From the NCBI RefSeq assembly GCF_000189295.2, contig NC_016803.1, forward strand, positions 3,120,001 to 3,152,000: 32,000 nucleotides of DNA. Reading direction: 5' to 3'. The translations under genes were made by a program, and so were the position numbers. Positions within the stretch are counted from its first letter, which is position 1; every line of letters starts with the position of its first letter. Source of the stretch: Pseudodesulfovibrio mercurii (lineage in GTDB: Bacteria; Desulfobacterota; Desulfovibrionia; Desulfovibrionales; Desulfovibrionaceae). Below are positions 26,592 through 32,000 of the stretch, piece by piece. A model generated the notes under the pieces. The model ran no database searches. It had not been told where the DNA came from and worked only from the letters and a program-made list of their open reading frames with translations.

Positions 26592-26743
26592 GCGCCTCCG
26601 GCGGCCACGGGGGGGAAGGGGAGAGAGAGGGCACCCATTGGAAAAGGGCTGCCCTCTCTCTCCCCTTCCCCCCTGGACCCCCCAACCTCTCTCTCACCCT
26701 CCCAAACTTTTTGTCGCCGCTGCGCGGGTGGTGTGAGCGCGGG
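26592..26743 (+). repeat. Intergenic palindromic repeat element, copy 2
   Basis: Head GCGCCTCCGGCGGCC is at 26592-26606. A perfect 23-bp inverted repeat spans 26611-26633 / 26650-26672 (GGGGGAAGGGGAGAGAGAGGGCA). The tail CCCTCCCAAACTTTTTGTCGCCGC is at 26697-26720. Confidence 0.75.
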
Positions 26744-26820
26744 AAGTTGCCTTCTTTGTCCTCCCAAGTTTCAACACGCCGCCATCCCGTTTCCGTACGC
26801 ACCTGCCGAAGGCACCCAAG

Positions 26821-26875
26821 AAGTTTGGGAGGGTCCAGGGAACCCTTTCCAAAGGGTTCCCTGGCCGCCGGAGGC
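26821..26875 (-). repeat. Intergenic palindromic repeat element, short variant (copy 4), inverted relative to copy 2
   Basis: The reverse complement reads GCCTCCGGCGGCC + CAGGGAACCCTTT-GG-AAAGGGTTCCCTGG + ACCCTCCCAAACTT. The 14-bp perfect inverted repeat spans 26835-26848 / 26851-26864. Confidence 0.65.
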
Positions 26876-26961
26876 ATCTTCCGTCCCCGCAGATTATCAT
26901 TCATCTCGGGCATGGGGCGTGGTACGAGAGGTCAAGGCCGCAAGGTGCCGGAGGAGGGCGA

Positions 26962-27921
26962 ATGAGTCAGACGGAGATTCTGTTGGAGACGGGGACGAAC
27001 GAACTTGAGATCATCGAGTTCTTTCTTGACGAGGTGACCCCGGCAGGCGTGGAGCGGCAGTATTTCGGGGTGAACGTGGCCAAGGTCCTGGAGGTGGTGG
27101 AGGCCCCCAGGGGGCTGGAGGGTTCCGAGGCGGCGGCGCATCCGAGTTTTCTGGGCACGATTCCGTTGCGCGACCTGATCCTGCCGGTGGTGGACCTGAG
27201 CGTCTGGCTGGACATGGAGCGGTCGCCCGCGGCCAACGAGCCGATCATCGTGACCGAGTTCAACGGCATGATCACGGGTTTTCTGGTTTCCGGGGTGACG
27301 CAGATCCACCGGGTGTGCTGGGCGGACGTGGAGCCGCCGAGCAAGTACGTGTCGTCCATGGCCACCAACTGCATCACCGGGACGGTGAAGATCAAGGACC
27401 GGTTCGTGCTCATGCTCGACCTGGAGCAGGTCCTGGCGGACCTGGACGAGTCGGGCCAGACCAAGGGACGCATGAGCCACGTGGTCTCCGATGAGCGGTA
27501 CCGGGCGCTGGTGGCGGACGATTCCACGTCGGTGCGCCAGTTGCTGGAGGGCAATTTCGGCCAGGCCAATTTCGAGGTGACCATGGTCCGGGACGGGGCC
27601 GAGGCGTGGTCGGTGCTTGAGGGGATCAAGGCCCGGTGCGCGGCCGACGGCGGCAGTCCCTTGGACTATCTGGACGCGGTGGTTTCGGACGTGGAGATGC
27701 CGCAGATGGACGGCTACACCCTGACCCGCAGGATCAAGGAGGACCCGGTGTTGAAGGTCCTGCCGGTGGTCCTGTTTTCCTCGCTCATCTCCAAGTCCGT
27801 GCTGCACAAGGGCAAGGCGGTCATGGCCGACGAGCAGGTCACCAAGCCGGAGTTCCACGGCCTGACCGAGAAGGTCATCAACCTGATCCGCAACTGGGAC
27901 CGGGGGACGGCCGTTTCCTGA
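26962..27921 (+). CDS. cheV: Chemotaxis protein CheV (CheW-like domain fused to a response-regulator receiver)
   Basis: 319 aa. The N-terminal CheW-like domain has EIIEFFL...YFGVNVAKV...IPLRDLILPVVDL. The C-terminal receiver has ALVADDS...DVEMPQMDGY...K. GGAGGAG is upstream. Confidence 0.9.
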   Translation: MSQTEILLETGTNELEIIEFFLDEVTPAGVERQYFGVNVAKVLEVVEAPRGLEGSEAAAHPSFLGTIPLRDLILPVVDLSVWLDMERSPAANEPIIVTEFNGMITGFLVSGVTQIHRVCWADVEPPSKYVSSMATNCITGTVKIKDRFVLMLDLEQVLADLDESGQTKGRMSHVVSDERYRALVADDSTSVRQLLEGNFGQANFEVTMVRDGAEAWSVLEGIKARCAADGGSPLDYLDAVVSDVEMPQMDGYTLTRRIKEDPVLKVLPVVLFSSLISKSVLHKGKAVMADEQVTKPEFHGLTEKVINLIRNWDRGTAVS

Positions 27922-27972
27922 CCGGTCTCGACCGGTCCTCCGACCGATACCTTGTCGATAACCGCCCGACGG

Positions 27973-28254
27973 CTAGCCGACCACCTCGTCGAGCTGCCTG
28001 CGCAGGGTGGACACGCCGCAGGAGTGGTGCATGTAGACCGGCACGTCCTTGCCGCGCACGGCGTCGAGCACGTCCTTGCGCGCCTTGTGGGACACCTTGT
28101 TGGTGAACATGACCACGAAATCCACCTCGCCCAGGGCCTTGGAAATCTTCCGCTCCTTGCCGGTGAAGTGCTTGAGCTTGACCCCGCTGCGTCTGGCCTC
28201 GCTCACGTATTCATTTTTCAGCCGGTCCATTCCACCGATCAACGCTGCGCACAT
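27973..28254 (-). CDS. DUF2325-type small protein (93 aa)
   Basis: The pattern IGGMDRL...Y...G..LKH..G....I...LGEVDFVVMFTNKVSHKARKDV resembles DUF2325 as I remember it. GAGGAAGG is upstream. Confidence 0.7.
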   Translation of the reverse strand: MCAALIGGMDRLKNEYVSEARRSGVKLKHFTGKERKISKALGEVDFVVMFTNKVSHKARKDVLDAVRGKDVPVYMHHSCGVSTLRRQLDEVVG

Positions 28255-28275
28255 GGTGCCCTTCCTCTTTTGAAA

Positions 28276-28321
28276 TTGAAAATCGTTTTCAACTAATACA
28301 GGGGAGCCTGGGTGCTGTCAA
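28276..28321 (-). promoter_or_regulatory. Candidate sigma-70 promoter plus palindromic operator for the DUF2325 gene
   Basis: On the minus strand, TTGACA (28321-28316), 17-nt spacer, TATTAG (28298-28293). The perfect palindrome TTGAAAA-N3-TTTTCAA (28276-28292) follows immediately. Confidence 0.35.
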
Positions 28322-28444
28322 CAGCGGCGCGAGAATATCGCGTCGTGTATTTCAACCATCCGAATCGTCTGAGGATTCGCGCAGCGGCTCGCTGTCGTGC
28401 CGGTTCCGGCCGACCGGTTTGCCTACGGCCAGGAAGGGGTGGGA

Positions 28445-29752
28445 TCAGTTCCCGGATTGCCAACCGTCGCTCTCGGGATCGGCTTCGGGCAGGGAGCAGG
28501 GGGCGCAGTCCACCACGCGGTTGCCCTGGCCGTGGTCGGTCAGGGCCTGGATGGCGCCGACCACCAGGTTGACCCGGCCGCCGAGCAGGACCTGTCCCTT
28601 GAAGCCCGTGAACAGGCCGAGGTCGGTCCAGGCAAAGGTGTTGGCCGTGGCGGTCAGGGCCTCGAAGGGGTAGCAGAACAGCGCGTAGTTGGCCCGGCCG
28701 CGCACCCGGTTGTTGGCGAAGAATCCGCGCGAGCCGGTCTGGACCACGCCGCGCGCGCTCTGTCCCCCGGCCATGACGATGTCGTTGCAGGTCACCACCA
28801 TGTCGTTGGCGTAGAGCAGCAGGCCCGTGGAGTTTTCGCCGCGACCCTCGATGCGGTTGCCGGTGATGCCGATGCGGTTGTTGCGCGAAAAATCGGCCCC
28901 GCCGGTGGTGTCGAAATACCATCCTGCGACGATACCGTTGGGTCCGAACTTGTTGGGGTAGGCGATGCCCTCGTTGTCCGTGACAATACGGTTGTCCCGA
29001 ATCAGGATGGCACCCTTGCCCTTGCCGTCCAGTTGGTTGTCCAGGACCTCGATGCCGTTGCGCGAGGTGCGGTGGATCTCGTTGTCGCGGATGGTCAGGT
29101 CCGCGCCCCAGGTCCAGTCCGCGATGATCCCGTACCCGGCGGTCTCCTCCGGGTCATCGTTGATCATCTCCAGCCGGTTGCCCTCAATGAGCACCGTGCC
29201 CGTGACCGCCCGCTCCAGCATGCCCTTGGCGTGGACCAGCCGGTTGCCGACCACGATCCCGGCCTGGAGCGGTCGGCTCTCGCCGCCTTCCCACGGAATG
29301 CCCGCGCGCTGCGGCTCCACATTGGTGACCAGGCAGCCGCCGACCTCCAGCCCGCCTGCGTAGGCGAAGTGCAGGGGCGTGCCACGCGCCCCGTCGAAAT
29401 GCAGGTCGCGGACCGCGATCAGCGGCCCGTCCTTGGCGGGCGGGGTGGTGTCCATGGGCAGGGGCGAATACAGGGTCCAGGTCCCGCCCGAGATGATCGT
29501 CACCGGGTCGCCCGAGCCGTTCTCCTGCCCGAGGATGCGCACGTCCTTGGTGATCCTGGCCCGGCCCTCGGCCCCGAAGTCGAAACGGCCGCGCAGCCGG
29601 ACCGTGCCGCCCTTGTCCAGGGCGGCCTGGACACTGGCCACGTCCCGGACCGGATCGCCCGTGCCCGTTACCACGGTCTCCGCGGCCAGGGCCGGAAGCA
29701 CCATGCCCAGCACCAGCCAACACGCCAGGATATTTGCACCAATCGTTTTCAT
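28445..29752 (-). CDS. Secreted right-handed parallel beta-helix repeat protein
   Basis: ORF 28445..29863 is trimmed to the ATG at 29752. The signal peptide is MKTIGANILACWLVLGMVLPALAAE. Repeated IxxN/GN-type beta-helix turns are present (IEGNRL, IRDNEI, IRDNRI, ITGNRI, CNDIV, ANNRV). Confidence 0.8.
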   Translation of the reverse strand: MKTIGANILACWLVLGMVLPALAAETVVTGTGDPVRDVASVQAALDKGGTVRLRGRFDFGAEGRARITKDVRILGQENGSGDPVTIISGGTWTLYSPLPMDTTPPAKDGPLIAVRDLHFDGARGTPLHFAYAGGLEVGGCLVTNVEPQRAGIPWEGGESRPLQAGIVVGNRLVHAKGMLERAVTGTVLIEGNRLEMINDDPEETAGYGIIADWTWGADLTIRDNEIHRTSRNGIEVLDNQLDGKGKGAILIRDNRIVTDNEGIAYPNKFGPNGIVAGWYFDTTGGADFSRNNRIGITGNRIEGRGENSTGLLLYANDMVVTCNDIVMAGGQSARGVVQTGSRGFFANNRVRGRANYALFCYPFEALTATANTFAWTDLGLFTGFKGQVLLGGRVNLVVGAIQALTDHGQGNRVVDCAPCSLPEADPESDGWQSGN

Positions 29753-29795
29753 GAAGGAAAAATCACCCGTCTTGTCCGGACCGTGCGAACCCGTC

Positions 29796-30344
29796 TCAAT
29801 ATCCCTGCCGGAACTCGGAGGTCCGCTGCCCGCCCGACTTGCGGAACTGCCGGTCGCGCGCATTGAGCTTGTCCTGTTCGTACACTGCCACGGCTACGGC
29901 CTCGCATGCCCCGTCGAGGTCCGCACCGTCCGCGCGGATCGCCTTGACCTGCTCCGCCAGGGCCGACGCCACCTTGCGCTGGCCCGCCCAGGACGGATAG
30001 CGCGACCAGTACCCGGCCGCCTCCTCGCCCCGGCCCAGCTTGGCCGCCGCGTACCCCGCGTTCACGAACGCGTCCGGTATCTCCTTGCGCGCCACGCACT
30101 CGGACAACACCCGCAACGCGTCCTCGTACCGGCCCGAGCGCGTGTAGCAGACTCCGGCCATGACCAGGTGCGAAGGCCGGACCTCGTCCTTCCGCCCGGC
30201 AAAATACGCGTCATAGGCCGCCGCGCCCTCGGCGAAGTACGTCTCGGCCTTGCCGAAATCGCCCCGCGCCTCGGCCGCCCGGCCCCGCTCGAAGTTTTTG
30301 CTGCCCCTGGTCTCGGGACGCACCAGTCTGGAAAGGAATGACAT
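29796..30344 (-). CDS. Hypothetical protein with TPR-like helical repeats (tentative)
   Basis: ORF 29796..30473 is trimmed to the ATG at 30344 (MSFLSRLVRPE...). Ala/Tyr/Gly-spaced helical repeats are present (GDFGKAETYFAEGAAAYDAYF, GRYEDALRVLSECV). The stop is 44 nt before the beta-helix gene. Confidence 0.55.
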   Translation of the reverse strand: MSFLSRLVRPETRGSKNFERGRAAEARGDFGKAETYFAEGAAAYDAYFAGRKDEVRPSHLVMAGVCYTRSGRYEDALRVLSECVARKEIPDAFVNAGYAAAKLGRGEEAAGYWSRYPSWAGQRKVASALAEQVKAIRADGADLDGACEAVAVAVYEQDKLNARDRQFRKSGGQRTSEFRQGY

Positions 30345-30441
30345 GGTGCCGATGGTAGCGGTTTGCCGCGGCGAGGACAAGGGGGATGAGCGGGCAGGGC
30401 ATGCGTGCGGGGGATGCCCCCGGCGGACCCTCGCCGGGCGG

Positions 30442-30471
30442 GCGCCTCCGGCGGGCAGGGCGCTGCCCTGC
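30442..30471 (+). repeat. Minimal variant of the repeat family (head plus short hairpin)
   Basis: GCGCCTCCGGCGG (30442-30454) is followed directly by GCAGGGC-GCT-GCCCTGC (30455-30471). Confidence 0.45.
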
Positions 30472-30600
30472 ACCCGGCAGGGAGCAAGGCCCCCTGCACC
30501 CCCATCGCCGAGCTGCGCTCGGGGCTGGACGCGGAAGGGGCGGAGGACAAGGGAAATTGCCAGGAGGCGTGTCGGGACGACGGGAAGACGGTGATCTCCC

Positions 30601-30744
30601 GCGTTCGCACCGCCCGCGAAGCGGCAATAAAAAGTTTAGGAGGGGGAGAGAGGGGTTGGGGCGGCCAGGGGGGAAGGGGAGAGAGAGGGCAGCCCTTTTC
30701 CAAAGGGTGCCCTCTCTCCCCTTCCCCCTGGCCGCCGGAGGCGC
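30601..30744 (-). repeat. Intergenic palindromic repeat element, copy 3 (reverse orientation)
   Basis: The reverse complement reads GCGCCTCCGGCGGCC + GGGGGAAGGGGAGAGAGGGCA...TGCCCTCTCTCTCCCCTTCCCCCC + CCCTCCTAAACTTTTTATTGCCGC. The arms differ by one AG dinucleotide. Confidence 0.75.
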
Positions 30745-30780
30745 AAAAAAAAGGGTGGACGCGTTGGCGCGTCCACCCTT
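30745..30780 (-). terminator. Rho-independent terminator of groEL
   Basis: AAGGGTGGACGCG (30751-30763) pairs with CGCGTCCACCCTT (30768-30780). On the minus strand it is followed by a T8 run (plus-strand A-run 30745-30752). Confidence 0.75.
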
Positions 30781-30802
30781 TGGGGTGCTTATTACCGGGT
30801 GA

Positions 30803-32000
30803 TTAGTCTTCTTCGGCGACGAAGTCGGAGATGGCGCATTCGGTGGTCAGGAGCATGCTGGCCACGGAGGCGGCGTTCTGGAGGGCGATGCGGGTGACCT
30901 TTTTCGGGTCGATGACGCCGTCCTTGACCAGGTCGGTGTATTCGCCGGTGGCCGCGTTGAAGCCGTTGTTGCCCTTGAGGGCCTTGACCTTCTCGACGAT
31001 GACGGTGCCTTCGAGGCCGCAGTTGTTGGCGATCTGCTTGAGCGGTTCCTCGATGGCCCGGGCGATGATTTCGATGCCCGCCTGTTCGGTGTCGTCCGCG
31101 CCCTTGAGGTTCTTGAGGGCCTTTCCGGCGCGCACCAGGGCGGTGCCGCCGCCGGCCACGATGCCTTCATCTACGGCCGCGCGGGTGGCGTTCAGGGCGT
31201 CGTCCACGCGGTCCTTGCGCTCCTTCATCTCGAGTTCGGTGGGCGCGCCGACCTTGACCACGGCCACGCCGCCGACCATCTTGGCCAGGCGCTCCTGGAG
31301 CTTCTCGCGGTCGTAGTCGCTGGTGGCGTTCTTGATCATGTTGGAGATCTCGTCGCAGCGGCCCTGGATGGCCTTCTTGTCGCCCGCGCCGCCCACGATG
31401 AGGGTGTTCTTCTTCTCGACCACGATCTTCTTGGCGGTGCCGAAGTGCTCGGGACGGATGGATTCCAGGGTCACGGCGGTGTCCTCGGACACCGGGGTGG
31501 CGCCGGTCATGATGGCGATGTCGCGGACCATTTCCTTGCGGCGGTCGCCGAAGCCGGGGGCCTTGACGGCGCAGACCTTGAGGGCGCCGCGCATGGCGTT
31601 GATGGTCAGTCCGGCCAGGGCGTCGTTTTCCACGGTCTCGGCAATGATCAGCAGCGGACGGCCCGCCTTGGCCACGGCCTCGAGGATGGGCACCAGGGGC
31701 TTGATGCCGGAGATCTTGTTCTCGGCCAGGAGGATGAACGGCTTTTCGAAGGTCACGCTCTGGTCTTCCTGGTTATTGACGAAATAGGGGGAGAGGTAGC
31801 CGTTGTCCCACTGCATGCCCTCGACCACGTCCAGTTCGGTGGTCAGTCCCTGAGATTCCTCCACGGTGATGACGCCGTTGTCGCCGACCTTGTCCACGGC
31901 CTCGGCCAGGATCGCGCCGATGGTCGGGTCGTTGTTGGCGGAGATGGCGCCGACCTGGGCGATCTCGGAGGTCTTCTTGATGGGCTTGGCCATGGCGTCG
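30803..32000 (-). CDS. groEL: Chaperonin GroEL (Cpn60), C-terminal about 400 aa; the gene continues past the window end; lacks a Gly-Gly-Met tail
   Basis: Motifs are [55 protein letters not shown] and [26 protein letters not shown]. The protein ends ...[12 protein letters not shown]. The Met at 31993 is internal. Confidence 0.93.
   Translation of the reverse strand, partial: DAMAKPIKKTSEIAQVGAISANNDPTIGAILAEAVDKVGDNGVITVEESQGLTTELDVVEGMQWDNGYLSPYFVNNQEDQSVTFEKPFILLAENKISGIKPLVPILEAVAKAGRPLLIIAETVENDALAGLTINAMRGALKVCAVKAPGFGDRRKEMVRDIAIMTGATPVSEDTAVTLESIRPEHFGTAKKIVVEKKNTLIVGGAGDKKAIQGRCDEISNMIKNATSDYDREKLQERLAKMVGGVAVVKVGAPTELEMKERKDRVDDALNATRAAVDEGIVAGGGTALVRAGKALKNLKGADDTEQAGIEIIARAIEEPLKQIANNCGLEGTVIVEKVKALKGNNGFNAATGEYTDLVKDGVIDPKKVTRIALQNAASVASMLLTTECAISDFVAEED

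Noticed and set aside
25423-26913. 496-aa minus-strand ORF
   Set aside because: It is antisense to the NeuB-like gene and continues through the terminator and both repeat copies.
26325-27008. ORFs across the 26.6-26.9 kb and 30.4-30.8 kb repeat copies (for example 26325..27008, 30386..30802, 30405..30806)
   Set aside because: The same peptide-like strings (GKGRERAALFQ..., PLSPLPPWPPQPLS...) arise only because the repeat is read in both orientations. There are no starts with an RBS, and each spans a terminator.

Overview
Visibly GC-rich window (GC not computed) that reads as an ordinary chromosomal segment of a sulfate-reducing Desulfovibrionaceae-type bacterium, judged from protein content. 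Gene order is as follows. A TRAP transporter operon (dctPQM, minus strand) lies divergent from an XRE-family regulator. Two small hypothetical genes follow, then a NifX-like domain fused to one half of a split permease plus the second permease half. Next come a secreted GlcG/HbpS-like protein and znuA-zur, then about 700 bp of repeat-laden non-coding DNA. A small conserved protein plus a YkgJ-type Cys-cluster protein sit divergent from the dissimilatory sulfite reductase locus dsrA-dsrB-dsrD-dsrN. After that come a DegT-type aminotransferase, a small membrane-anchored hypothetical, cyclophilin ppiB, and an orphan acidic protein behind a good sigma-54 promoter. The branched-chain amino-acid ABC operon livJHMGF (minus) and fadD (minus) follow. 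Then comes a wHTH+Rossmann regulator translationally coupled to an animal-type sialic-acid-synthase-like gene, followed by cheV and a DUF2325 gene. The window ends with a TPR-like plus secreted beta-helix gene pair and the 3' three-quarters of a groEL that lacks the Gly-Gly-Met tail. I found no rRNA, tRNA, CRISPR array, transposase, integrase or recognisable defence genes, so I see no evidence for a mobile island. The most unusual items are: (i) a modular palindromic intergenic repeat family present in at least five copies, placed immediately after terminators or stop codons; (ii) the structured 700-bp non-coding spacer at 7934-8630; (iii) two sigma-54 promoters driving poorly characterised genes; (iv) the tail-less, divergent GroEL; (v) the NifX-permease fusion. 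All functional calls rest on by-eye recognition of motifs in the translated ORFs. No database search was run.
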